Shown here piece by piece: positions 20,492 through 31,688 of a stretch of DNA of 64,000 nt. The DNA is taken from NCBI GenBank assembly GCA_963737265.1, contig CAVTRY010000012.1, positions 1-64,000 of the forward strand. The letters run 5' to 3'. A program made the position numbers and the translations under genes. This stretch comes from an uncultured delta proteobacterium. GTDB taxonomy: Bacteria; Myxococcota_A; Polyangia; Fen-1088. Within the stretch, counting starts at the first letter, position 1; each line of letters begins with the position of its first letter. The notes below the pieces were generated by a model. It saw only the letters and a list, made by a program, of their open reading frames with translations, searched no databases and was not told where the DNA came from.

Positions 20492-22316
20492 CCACCGCTC
20501 GCAGTTTGGCGAGAACCACAAGGCCATCAAAGAGTTCTTTCCCAAGTCCCAGCTCTTCGGCTTCACCGGCACCCCCATCTTCGAAGAGAACGCCAGCTAT
20601 CAGCAGATCGAAGGCCAACAGGCCAGCTATCGGACCACCGACGACCTGTTCCAGCGCTGTCTGCACCAATACACCATCACCCACGCCATCGACGACAAGA
20701 ACGTCCTCCGTTTTCACGTGGACTATTACAAACCCGCGGGCAGGGACGTGCCCAAGGCCGGCCAATCCCTCGCCAAGCGTGCCATCGTCGAGGCCATCCT
20801 CGACAAGCACGCCGCCGCCACCCACTCGCGCCGGTTCAACGCCCTCTTTGCCACCGCCTCCATCAACGACGCCATCGAGTACCACGGGCTGTTCCAAACC
20901 ATCCAGGACGAGCGACACGCCGCGGATCCCGACTTCGTGCCGCTCAATATCGCTTGCGTCTTCTCACCGCCCGCCGAAGGCAATCCTGACGTGAAGCAGA
21001 TTCAGGAGGACCTTCCCCAGGAAAAGGAGGACAACGAGAAGGAGCCCGAGAAGAAGAAGCAGGCCCTCGAGGCCATCATGGCCGACTACAACGCCCGCTT
21101 CGACACAAACCACCGCATCGGCGAGTTCGACCTCTACTATCAGGACGTCCAGAAGCGCATCAAGGACCAGCAGTTCCCCAACGCCGACCTGCCGCGTGGG
21201 AGTGCCGAGAAGATCGACATCACCATCGTCGTGGACATGCTCCTCACCGGCTTCGACTCGAAGTTCCTCAACACCCTCTACGTCGACAAGAACCTCAAGC
21301 ACCACGGCCTCATCCAGGCATTTTCCCGCACCAATCGCGTCCTCAACGCCACCAAGCCCCACGGCCAGATCCTCGATTTCCGTCAGCAGCAGGACGCCGT
21401 CGATGCCGCCATCACCCTCTTCTCCGGCGTCGAGAACGGCACCCAGGCCCGTGAGATCTGGCTGGTGGATCCAGCGCCCAAGGTCGTCGAGGAACTGAAG
21501 ACCGCCATCGGCAAGCTGGACGACTTCATGCAGTCTCAGGGCCTCGATCCCAAACCCGAGAACGTGCCCGCCCTGCGCGGCGACGAGGCCCGCGCCGCCT
21601 TCGTCGAACGCTTCCGCGAGATCCAGCGCCTCAAGATCCAGCTCGACCAATACACCGACCTCGCCCGCGAGACCCAGGTCGCCGTTGAGCAACTGCTGCC
21701 CCAGGATCGACTGAACGCCTTCCGCGGCGTCTACCTGGAAATCGCCCAGCGTCTTAGGGCCGAGCAGACCAAGCCCGGCGCCGCCCCCATCCCCGCCGTG
21801 GAGGATCTCGACTTCGAGTTCGTCCTTTTTGCCTCCGCCGACATCGACTACGACTACATCATGGCCCTGCTGGCCCGCTACTCGCAGCAGACCCCGGGCA
21901 AGCTGAAGATGAACCGCGATCAGCTCATCGGCCTCATCCAGGCCGACGCCAAGTTCATGGACCAGCGCGAGACCATCACAGACTACGTCCGCAGCCTCCA
22001 GGCCGGCCAAGGCCTTGACGAAAACGAGATCCGCGCCGGCTACGAGCGGTTCAAGACCGAGAAGAACGCCGCCGAGATCGGCACGATCGCGGAAAAGCAC
22101 GGCCTTGCCACCGCCAGCCTGCAAGCCTTTGTCGACGCCGTCCTCCAGCGCATGCTCTTCGACGGCGAGCAGCTCACCGACCTGTTGGAGCCGCTGGGGC
22201 TGAATTGGAAGGCCCGTCGCGTCAAGGAGCTCGCGCTGATGGAGGATCTGGTCCCGCTCCTCAAGAAGCGCTCCGCCGGCCGCGAGATCTCGGGATTGAG
22301 CGCCTATGAGCAATAA
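20492..22316 (+). pseudogene. hsdR: Type I restriction subunit, 5'-truncated (nuclease domain and Walker motifs lost)
   Basis: Begins at HRSQFG; FGFTGTP, IVVDMLLTGFD, LIQAFSRTNR motifs present. Confidence 0.9.
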
Positions 22317-24578
22317 GCCGAAACGAAACCTGATCGCGGTGAAGGGCACCGACGTCGCCGTGCTCTCCCACGACCGCCAGGATTACATCAGCCTCACCGA
22401 CATCGCCCGCTACAAGGACGCCGAACGTACCGACTACCTCATCGCGAACTGGATGCGCAATCGCAACACCATCGAGTTCCTCGGCGTCTGGGAACGACTG
22501 AACAACCCCGGTTTTAATCCCATCGAATTCGATGGGATTAGAAAGCAGGCGGGTCTGAACAGCTTCGTCCTGACCGCCAAGCGTTGGATCGATGCAACCG
22601 GGGCCATCGGCCTCATCTCCCGGGCTGGGCGCTACGGCGGCACCTACGCCCACAAGGACATCGCCTTCGAGTTCGCCTCTTGGGTCTCCGTCGAGTTCAA
22701 GCTTTACCTGATCAAAGAGTTCCAGCGCCTCAAGGACGAGGAAAACGACCGCCTGAAGCTCGGCTGGAACCTCCAGCGCACCCTGGCCAAGATCAACTAC
22801 CGCATCCACACCGACGCCATCAAGGAGGCCCTCGTCCCCCCCACCGTCACCAAGGCCCAAGCCATCTGAAGTGGACCCCTTTGGTAGGACCAGAAATGGC
22901 CCGAGCTAAGAGAGAGTCCGCGTGGGTTTGTTTGTAGATCCGGGTGAGCCTCGCCGGCAAGGAAATTGTTGAGAGCGGAGGCATGCTGATGGCTGCTGTC
23001 CACGGATGCAATGCGCGCACGGCCCCACAGAAGCAGGTGAACGCGTTGCAGTTGTGGGCAGCGTGCCATCAGCATGATGCAGCGGCGATTTAGGCGGCCT
23101 CTTTCATCGCCGACTTCTTTAGTTCGAATTCGTAAAACGCTACGGGTGTCTGAAATCCAAGGGTTTGGTGAGGCCGCCTGTGGTTGTACTTGTCCAGGTA
23201 GATCGCGATGCCACTGCGGGCGTCGGCCACGTCTCGGTAGTCGTTCAAGTAGACCTCCTCGCATTTGACAGACCGCCATAGACGCTCGACGAAGATGTTG
23301 TCCATGAATCGGCCGCGACCGTCCATGCTGACCTTTACGCCCTTGTCCAGCAAAACCGATGTGAAGTTGTCGTCGGTAAACTGCGACCCCTGGTCGGTGT
23401 TGAAGATCTCCGGCAAGCCGAAGTTCGCAAGAGCTTCTTCCACGACCTCGATGCAAAAACGGCTGTCCATCGTGTTTGAAATGCGCCAGGACAGAACCCG
23501 GCGCGTGTACCAATCCATCACGGCGACCAGGTAGCAATGCCCCTGTCTCGTCGGGATGTACGTGATATCCGAGGCCCACACCTGATTGGGCCGAATGATC
23601 GCGAGATGGCGCAGCAAGTACGGGAATTTCGTATGTTCCGGCGCGGGCACGGTCGTCCGTGGTTTGGGCGCCAGCGCTTCGATGCCCATGATTCGCATCA
23701 GTCTCTGCACCCGTTTGCGATTCACCGTCTGCCCCTGTGCCTTTAGCAACCGTGACAGCTTCCGGCTGCCGAATGCTGGCAATTCGAGATGCAGCTTGTC
23801 CAGCTCCTTGCAGATGGCCAGATCTTCCTCTGCCATCGGCATCGGCTCCCAGTAGATGCCCGATCTCGCAAGATTCAGCAGCTCGCACTGCCGACGGACA
23901 GATAGGTCGTTGTGGGGCTCGATCATGGCGCGCTTCTCCGTCAGCGAATGCGCGCGAGCCCGCGTGCTAAAAAATCATTCTCCAGCGTCAGCTGCCCCAC
24001 CTTGCGCAGCAATTCCGATTCGCGTTCGGCGTTCGCCGATTCCTCTGCATTTGCATGGCCTGGTTCGAAAACCATGGCCAGCCGTGTGACGGCTTCCTTC
24101 TTCCACTTGTGAACCAGGTTCGGGTTGATCTTGTATCGGCGCCCGATCTCCACAACCGTTGCCTGCTCCCGCATGGCTTCGAGAGCTACCTGCGCCTTGA
24201 AGAGTGCTGTGTGCTTTTGGCGGTTCGTTTTCATCGTGTCCTGCCTCGTTGTTGAGGCGGACTACACCTTAGCTCCTGGTCCCATTTTTGGGGTCCACTT
24301 CAATCCTCGTCTACGCCAGCGAGGCCGACCTGCTCAACGTCGCCCTCTTCGGCCAGACCGCCAAGCAGTGGCGTGACGCTCACCCCCAAGCCGAGGGCAA
24401 CGTCCGCGACCACGCCCCTCTCGAACAGCTCGTCGTCCTCACCAACCTCGAAAGCCTCAACGCCGTGCTCATCCGCCAGGGCCTTCCGTCGTCGGAGCGC
24501 CTCCTCAAGCTCAACGAAATCGCCATCACCCAGATGCGCACCCTGCTGTCCGATCCTAACGTCAAGCGGCTGAAGTGA
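22306..24578 (+). pseudogene. KilA-N domain DNA-binding protein interrupted by IS3
   Basis: DYISLTDIA, GRYGGTYAHKDIAFEFASW. Halves rejoin at the ATC TSD. Confidence 0.88.
22867..24302 (-). mobile_element. IS3-family element copy 2, intact (orfA 23941-24234, orfB 23090-23926)
   Basis: 1436 bp, IRs, TSD ATC, WASDITY and TDQGSQF DDE motifs. Confidence 0.96.
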
Positions 24579-25849
24579 TGAAGAACACCGGCAAGAAAGA
24601 AATGCTGATACCCAAGCGGCGGTTCCCGGAATTCCGGAACGGGCCGGGGTGGGACCAAAGCGAGTTAGGAGCGAAAGCATCCCTATTGAAGGGAAAAGGG
24701 ATCTCTAAGTCCGATATTGATCCGAACGGCCACCAGCCATGCATTCGATACGGCGAGCTATATACGCATTACAAGGAGGTCATCGACTCTGTAATCTCGA
24801 AGACGAAGCTCTCAGCGAACGAGCTGTTCTTGAGCAAAGCCAATGATGTTATCATCCCGTCTTCAGGAGAAACAAAACTCGATATCGCAACAGCCTCGTG
24901 CGTGCTACTGGATAATGTTGCTTTGGGTGGAGACTTGAATGTAATTCGGTCCATCCTTTGCGGGACTTTTCTCAGCTATTACCTAAACGGCCCCCAGAAA
25001 TATGACATAGCGAAAGTCGCCCAAGGCGATACAGTCGTTCACCTATATCCAAGCCAGCTCGAAAAACTTGAAATCGCCTTTCCGTCATCTGCTGAGCAAG
25101 AGAAGATCGCCGAGTGCCTGAGTTCACTGGACGAGCTGATCGGAGCCGAAAGGCAGAAGCTCGACGCACTCAAGGCCCACAAGAACGGGCTAATGCAGCA
25201 GCTCTTCCCCATCGAAGACGACACCGCTCCCCGTCTACGCTTTCCCGAGTTTCGCAAGGCCAAGGCCTGGCGTAAACGCAAGATATCCGAGGTTCTCGCC
25301 AAGACATCGATACCAGTTCAGGTTGAACCGGAACGGACGTACAGGGAGATCGGCATTCGATCACACGGAAAAGGCGTCTTCCACAAGGAGCCCGTCAGTG
25401 GAGCCGTAATCGCGGACAAGCGCGTGTTTCAGGTGGTGGAAGACGCCCTGGTCCTCAATATCGTTTTCGCCTGGGAGCGGGCGGTAGCGACGACATCAAA
25501 AGACGAAGTCGGGATGATCGCATCACATCGGTTTCCCATGTATGTTCCGAAATCCGAAAACTGTGATGTGAGATTCATTAAGCACGCCCTTCTCACTCCA
25601 CAAGGCAAGAACCTCCTGGGGATCGCATCGCCGGGCGGTGCCGGGCGGAACCGCACATTGGGGCAAGATATATTCGAAGACTCAGGAATCATTATTCCCG
25701 GCCGGGGAGAACAGGCGAGAATAGCAGACTGTATCCGATCGGTCGACGATCTTATTGCATCACAAACCGCGAACCTCGAATCCGTGAAGAAGCATAAGAG
25801 AGGCCTCATGCAGCAGCTATTCCCTTCTGCAGCGGAGGCTAAGTTTTGA
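24575..25849 (+). CDS. hsdS: Type I R-M specificity subunit
   Basis: Two TRDs with P..RFPEF and EQ.KIA...GLMQQLFP conserved repeats. Visibly lower GC. Confidence 0.92.
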   Translation: MMKNTGKKEMLIPKRRFPEFRNGPGWDQSELGAKASLLKGKGISKSDIDPNGHQPCIRYGELYTHYKEVIDSVISKTKLSANELFLSKANDVIIPSSGETKLDIATASCVLLDNVALGGDLNVIRSILCGTFLSYYLNGPQKYDIAKVAQGDTVVHLYPSQLEKLEIAFPSSAEQEKIAECLSSLDELIGAERQKLDALKAHKNGLMQQLFPIEDDTAPRLRFPEFRKAKAWRKRKISEVLAKTSIPVQVEPERTYREIGIRSHGKGVFHKEPVSGAVIADKRVFQVVEDALVLNIVFAWERAVATTSKDEVGMIASHRFPMYVPKSENCDVRFIKHALLTPQGKNLLGIASPGGAGRNRTLGQDIFEDSGIIIPGRGEQARIADCIRSVDDLIASQTANLESVKKHKRGLMQQLFPSAAEAKF

Positions 25850-27012
25850 GTGCGACCAGGTTCGCCGATCTGAATTCCTTGGCCACGCACCTCCGCAACG
25901 AGTTGCAGCGCAAGAAGTTCATTCTGCTCTACGCCTACAACGGCACTGGGAAGACGCGTCTTTCCACGGCATTCAAGGACCTTGGCAAGACCGGTGACGA
26001 GCGCGATACGCTGTATTTTAACGCGTTCACGGAGGACCTCTTCTCTTGGGACAATGACCTCGCCAACGACTGCGAGCGGGTCTTGAGGATCAATTCCGCG
26101 TCCCGTTTCTTCGCCGGTCTCGGCGAGATGGAGATGGACAACCGCATCCGTCCGCTCTTGGGCCGCTATACGGATTTCGATTTCCGCATCGATACGACGG
26201 CATGGAAAGTAAGTTTCTCTCGCGAGGTCCCGAGCGGCGAGACGGTCACAACAGTGGAGGACATCAAGATCTCCCGAGGCGAGGAGAACATCTTCATCTG
26301 GTGTTTCTTCCTCGCGATCGTGCAACTCGTGTTGGATCGCGCGGAGGCTTACCGCTGGGTCAAGTACATCTACATCGACGACCCGATTTCCTCCCTCGAC
26401 GAACCCAACGCGATCGCCGTCGCCAACCATTTGGCGCAAACGTTCACAAAATCCGATGACGGTCCCCGCATTGTCATCTCTTCGCACCATGTGCTCTTCT
26501 TCAATGTTCTCTGCAATGAGCTAAAGAAGAAGGCCTTCCGGCATTTTTTGAACAAGGGCGCGACATTTGAAGGCTACGAGCTTCGCGATACGACTGCTAA
26601 GCCCTTCCTGCACCATCTCTCGAACCTGGTCGACCTACACGAGGCCCAAAGATTGGGCGCACTCTATACGCACCACTTCAACATGATGCGGCGGACGATG
26701 GAACAAACGGCCAGCTTTTTCGGATTGGATGACTGGAAGGCGTGCATCAAAGCCGAAGACGACGATCCCGATAGGACACTGTATAAGCGATTGATCGACC
26801 TCATGAGCCATGGCGACTACTCGCTGTATGAACCGAGGGAGATGATGGAGGAGAATAAGCGTCATTTCCGAACGATCTTCCGCCAATTTGTTTCCAACTA
26901 TCCCTTCAACCCTAGCCTGTTCCCCGCCGAGCCCGAGACCGGTGCAACATCCGACGAAAACCCTCCTTCCAACGTGACGCCAATTTCCGCACCCTCCAAC
27001 ACTCAATCATGA
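25846..27012 (+). CDS. prrC: PrrC-like anticodon nuclease (ABC ATPase plus HEPN-like C-terminus)
   Basis: YAYNGTGKTRLS, YFNAFTEDLF, SRGEE, IDDPISSLD, LMSH; lies inside the hsd locus. Confidence 0.8.
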   Translation: MSATRFADLNSLATHLRNELQRKKFILLYAYNGTGKTRLSTAFKDLGKTGDERDTLYFNAFTEDLFSWDNDLANDCERVLRINSASRFFAGLGEMEMDNRIRPLLGRYTDFDFRIDTTAWKVSFSREVPSGETVTTVEDIKISRGEENIFIWCFFLAIVQLVLDRAEAYRWVKYIYIDDPISSLDEPNAIAVANHLAQTFTKSDDGPRIVISSHHVLFFNVLCNELKKKAFRHFLNKGATFEGYELRDTTAKPFLHHLSNLVDLHEAQRLGALYTHHFNMMRRTMEQTASFFGLDDWKACIKAEDDDPDRTLYKRLIDLMSHGDYSLYEPREMMEENKRHFRTIFRQFVSNYPFNPSLFPAEPETGATSDENPPSNVTPISAPSNTQS

Positions 27013-28637
27013 CCGACAACGACCAAAAGCAACTGGGAAAGACCCTGTGGAACATCGCCGACCAATTGCGCGGGGCGATGAACGCGGATGACTTCCGCGA
27101 CTACATGCTGGCCTTCCTCTTCTTGCGCTACCTATCGGACAATTACGAGGTCGCCGCGAAGAAGGAGCTGGGGAGGGACTATCCCAAACTGCCTGCCGAC
27201 GACAATCGCGTGCCGCTGGCTGTCTGGTATGCCGACAACAAGCGTGACGTCGCGGACTTTGAGAAGCAGATGCGTCGCAAGGTCCACTACGTCATCAAGC
27301 CCGACCATCTCTGGAGCAGTATTGCTGCCATGGCTCGGGACGATGACGGCGAGTTGCTCAACACCTTGCGGGACGGTTTCAAGTACATCGAGAACGAGTC
27401 CTTCGCGAGTACCTTCCAAGGCCTGTTTTCCGAGATCAACCTCGGCTCCGAAAAGCTCGGCAGGACCCATTCCGAAAAGAACAAGAAGCTCTGCGAGATC
27501 ATCAAGGAGATCGCCAAGGGTTTGAACGCGTTTTCCACGGACGTCGACGCTCTCGGCGACGCGTACGAGTACCTGATCGGTCAGTTTGCGGCCGGCTCGG
27601 GCAAGAAAGCGGGCGAGTTCTACACCCCACAACAGATCTCCAGCATTCTCTCGGCCATCGTCACCCTCGACAGCCACGAGCCTGCCACGGGGCACGTGGC
27701 GAAGCTCGACAGCGTCCTGGACTTCGCGTGTGGATCCGGCTCGCTCTTGCTGAATGTGCGCAAGCGCATGGGCAAGCACGTGATTGGCAAGATCTACGGC
27801 CAGGAGAAGAACATCACCACCTACAACCTAGCGCGCATGAACATGCTGCTGCACGGGGTGAAGGACTCGGAGTTCGAGATTTACCACGATGATACCCTGA
27901 CCAACGACTGGGACTTCCTGCGCGAGACCAACCCAGCCAAGGTGCCGAAGTTCGACGCTGTGGTCGCCAATCCGCCTTTCAGCTACCGCTGGGATTCCAA
28001 CGAAGCGATGGGGCAGGATGTGCGGTTCAAGAACCACGGCCTTGCGCCCAAGTCGGCCGCTGACTTCGCCTTCCTTCTGCACGGCTTTCACTTCCTGAAG
28101 GACCAGGGCGTGATGGCCATCATCCTGCCCCACGGCGTTCTCTTCCGCGGCGGCGCGGAGGAAAAGATCCGCAAGAAGCTGCTCGACGACGGCCACATCG
28201 ATACCGTCATCGGTCTGCCCGCGAATCTCTTCTACTCCACCGGCATTCCGGTCTGCATCCTGGTGCTCAAGAAGTGCAAGAAGCCCGACGACGTGCTTTT
28301 CATCAACGCCGCCGAGCACTTCGAGAAGGGCAAGCGCCAGAACGTCCTCACTGACGAGCACATCGCCAAGATCGTCTCGACCTATCAGTCCCGAAAGCCA
28401 GAGCCCCGCTATTCCAAATGCGTCCCGATGGAGCGGATCGTCGAGGAAGGCTACAACCTCAACATCTCCCGCTACGTCAGCACGGCTGTCGCGGAAGAGG
28501 AAATCGACCTGGCCGCAACCCACCAGGAGCTGGTTGAAATCGAGAAGAAGATCGAGGCCGCGACCAGCAGACATAACGACTTTCTCAGGGAGCTAGGCCT
28601 GGCCCCACTTCCGCTGGCGAAATCCAGCAAGATCTGA
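27009..28637 (+). CDS. hsdM: Type I R-M methyltransferase
   Basis: GEFYTP, DFACGSGSLL, NPPF, YNLNISRY. Confidence 0.96.
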   Translation: MTDNDQKQLGKTLWNIADQLRGAMNADDFRDYMLAFLFLRYLSDNYEVAAKKELGRDYPKLPADDNRVPLAVWYADNKRDVADFEKQMRRKVHYVIKPDHLWSSIAAMARDDDGELLNTLRDGFKYIENESFASTFQGLFSEINLGSEKLGRTHSEKNKKLCEIIKEIAKGLNAFSTDVDALGDAYEYLIGQFAAGSGKKAGEFYTPQQISSILSAIVTLDSHEPATGHVAKLDSVLDFACGSGSLLLNVRKRMGKHVIGKIYGQEKNITTYNLARMNMLLHGVKDSEFEIYHDDTLTNDWDFLRETNPAKVPKFDAVVANPPFSYRWDSNEAMGQDVRFKNHGLAPKSAADFAFLLHGFHFLKDQGVMAIILPHGVLFRGGAEEKIRKKLLDDGHIDTVIGLPANLFYSTGIPVCILVLKKCKKPDDVLFINAAEHFEKGKRQNVLTDEHIAKIVSTYQSRKPEPRYSKCVPMERIVEEGYNLNISRYVSTAVAEEEIDLAATHQELVEIEKKIEAATSRHNDFLRELGLAPLPLAKSSKI

Positions 28638-28724
28638 CTAATCTGACTGCTTTGGGGCCACGGGTGTTGGCTCTGCGCGCCATGCCGCGTCGACCTCAAA
28701 CGGCGTTGTTGAGAAAGACCTCGA

Positions 28725-29520
28725 GTGCATAAGCGAATCGAAGGGGGTATTTCCGGTCCGAAAACCCGTGCCGCCCTGTGCCACCACACCCTCGCGTGCG
28801 CCTGGAGTGCCCTGCGGAGCGGGTTTGATGGCGCGATTCGGGTGCCGAACAGGCTGTCTCAATCACAAGGCGTAGTCCACCCCATCACAGCCCCGGAGAG
28901 GTCGTGTTCAGTTCAGCCAGTCAGCGCTGCCACCCGCCTTCAGGGGCGGCGGGCGCGCTGGGCGTAGCTCCGGGATCTCCGTTGGCAGGTGCATCGCGGT
29001 CAGGATCTTCTTGGCGATGTCCTCGCTCTTGATGAGTGCGATCAGGCGGAGCGGGGCCTTACATTTCTGGCAGGCGATTTCGAACCCGAAGGTGCGGCGC
29101 AAAAGTTCGGACCAAGAAATATACCTCGAAGTGTTCTTGGGCTTGTCCTGCGCGGGGGACGCCGGCTCGACGGGTGAGGGAACCACCTCGCTGTTCGTGG
29201 CAGGTCTTACAGAAAAGGTGTGCGAAGCCTCGCCCCAAGATTCCGCACGACATGAATCCGTGCAGCTCGTCGGTCACGAAGCCGGGCAGTGTCCGGCCAT
29301 TGGCCTCGTCGGTCCACTGCTGCTCGAAGGTCAGCAGATGTTCCTGCATGACCCTGTACAAGGCAGTCTTCTCCGGCTGCCGGCGTGAATAGACCGGTCC
29401 CGCAGACGCGGGCTGTGCGCATGCCGCTGCCTCCACAAAGGAGGGATGTCGGTCAGCGAGTCATGAAAGTTACGCGATTGCCGCCCCCTGCTTGCCTGGG
29501 CGGGCCTGCGCATCCTGACT
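28725..29520 (-). mobile_element. Internally deleted IS91/ISCR-like element (copy D); 5' boundary approximate
   Basis: Transposase N-terminus (29436 to ~29190) joined out of frame to the C-terminus (~29190-28908, ...GGSADWLN). End CCCCTTCGATTCGCTTATGCAC. Confidence 0.85.
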
Positions 29521-29587
29521 CTCAACGGCTCCATACCGGCGGTCGAGCGCGAAGAGCGCGTGCGCGCGTTCCAGGCCGAGGGGCTGA

Positions 29588-29991
29588 TCACAAATTCAGC
29601 ATCATCCGCGCGTCGTCGCTCATGAGCTCGGGGGTCCAGGGCGGGTCGAAGGTGATGGCCACCTCGACCTGGGCGACGCCGGGCAGCTTGCGGATGCGTT
29701 CGTCGGCCTCGAGCGCAGGATCTCGGACATGCCACAGGCAGGGGAGGTCACGGTCATGAGGACCTCGACCCGGTGGCCGCCTTCGGGCAGGGGCTCGGAG
29801 CGCATGGCATAGACGAGCCCCAGCTCCACGATGTTGACGGGGATCTCCGGGTCGTAGCACTCGCGCAGCTCCTGCCACACCAGGCGCTCCAATGGGGCGG
29901 TGGCCGCATCGTTGGCGGTGGTGCCCGAGGGTGGGTCGGGTGGCGGGTCGGGTGGCGCGGCGGGTGGGTGCTGGAGATCGGGCGTCGCCAT
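29588..29991 (-). pseudogene. sufT: SufT/DUF59 Fe-S assembly protein with a 1-bp frameshift near 29712
   Basis: CYDPEIPVNIVELGLVY, TSPACGM, then FDPPWTPELMSDDAR in another frame. Confidence 0.8.
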
Positions 29992-30282
29992 CACTTCTGG
30001 GGCTCCTTGTCCGGGGCACCGCCGCCGGTGGGCGCGGTCGTGGTCTCGTGCATGGCGGCGTTCAAGGTGTGCCAGGCGAGGCTCGCGCACTTGACCCGCA
30101 CGGGGAACGCGCTCACGCCGGAGAAGGCGGCGAGCTTGCCCAGGTCTTCGAGGTCGAAGCAGGGATCCTGGCCGCCGGTGATCATCTGGTGAAAGGGCTT
30201 GAAGGTCTCGGAGGCGTCGGCCAGGGACTTTCCCTTCACCACGGAGGTCATCATGGACGCCGAGGCCTTGGCGATGGCGCAG
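29991..30282 (-). pseudogene. sufU: SufU scaffold, C-terminal half only
   Basis: CAIAKASASMMT...FSGVSAFPVRVKCASLAWH; 5' end replaced by an IS91-like ori end. Confidence 0.85.
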
Positions 30283-31234
30283 GACCATAGTCGAATCAAA
30301 GGGGTTTTCTGAGCGTCGGAGAACCATGCCGGACCGCATCAGGTGGGGACCTATCACGACCGCGCAGCGAACTTGACCGGGTTTCTGGGGCCTGACGGGG
30401 CGTTTTCGAGCGTTTTCGAGCACGCGAGGCAGTCTACTCGATCCCGCCCTTGTCGACGTGCCGTCAGTTCAGCCAGTCTCCGCCCTCGCCACCAGATTGC
30501 GAGGGAGGCGGTCGTGCGGGCCAGAGTTTTGGCGCACAGGTGGGCAGGCCCATGGCCTTGAGGATTTTCTTGATGGTGTCCTCGGTCTCGATCATGGCGA
30601 TGAGGCGCAGAGGTGTTTTGCAGCGAGGGCAGACGGTGTCGATCTCGAACGTATTTTTCAGAAGCTGGGACCAGGAAATGTAGTGTGAAAGTGGCAGTGA
30701 AGGCTTGTCGTCTTCCTCGGGCGCGGCCACGGCGGCGACTGGGACGACTTGGCTGCGGAGGCTGGAGTGCGAGGAGATGACCCCCGAGTATCTGACGACA
30801 TGCCGACGAGGAGGGGGAACCAAGGCCGCCAAGCGCGCAATAAGGGCGAGCGGCGCAAGGTCAACTGACGATGTGCCATCGGACCAAGGCCGCTTGAACT
30901 CCAGCCTCACGTGACCGTCGTCGAGGATCTTGAGGCGGTCGTTGGCCAGGGGCGGGCGCAAGATGTACTTGCACAGGTTCTCGCGACCCTTCTTGTCGTT
31001 GGCGGCGACCTTGGTCTGAGCATGCAAGTTGAATCCGGCCTGCTGGCCACATAGCCTGCCCTTGGCCACGGGCGTGGCGTCGGGGTCGAGCACGATGCGC
31101 ACAGGCGCGCGCTTGTGCGCGGGGCCGGCGGGCTGAGGCGCTTTTGAGGAAGAGTCCGGGTCTGCTCTGCAGAAGTAGTCCACCCTCGACCTGATCGGTG
31201 GTGGCAGCGGAGGTGGCGAGGCGGGCGGGTTCCG

Positions 31235-31681
31235 GTGAGCGTGGCCGCGATGTGCACGCGGCTCAAGAAACGGCCATGCCGGATTTGTGGGAAGTGGTTC
31301 TGGCCTGACCCACGGGTCGGGCAGCGACAGCGGACATGCACGGCGAAGGAATGCCAGTGCAAGCGCCGGGCGTGGACGCAGGCAGCGTGGCGTGGTGCGA
31401 ACCCGGAGTACGCCATCGCGTACCGGCTGCAAAAGCGGGCAGCGGCGCCGGAAAGGGAGCGCTCGGAAGCGCGTCATCCACCGCCCTTGGATCGACTGCC
31501 CTGGGACCTGGCGAAAGACGAGTTCAAGGCGCAAGGCCGCGATTTTCTTGAGGTATTGGCGCGAGTCCTCCTGGCTGGCATGAAAGACGAGATGCGAGCC
31601 CAAGTAGCCGTAATCACGCATGAATTCCGAGGACACCCCCCTTTGGTACCGAAAGACCAGACCGGGACTGCGGCAGTGTAG
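31235..31681 (+). CDS. Cys-rich putative Zn-finger protein
   Basis: CRICGKWF...QRTC...CQC; lies inside the element. Confidence 0.6.
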   Translation: MSVAAMCTRLKKRPCRICGKWFWPDPRVGQRQRTCTAKECQCKRRAWTQAAWRGANPEYAIAYRLQKRAAAPERERSEARHPPPLDRLPWDLAKDEFKAQGRDFLEVLARVLLAGMKDEMRAQVAVITHEFRGHPPLVPKDQTGTAAV

Positions 31682-31688
31682 CCGGGCG

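Noticed and set aside
20964-22349. Long antisense ORFs here and over IS, kinase and istAB genes (e.g. 3646-4599, 33530-35002, 37289-38347)
   Set aside because: Shadow frames of GC-rich real genes, with no recognisable motifs.
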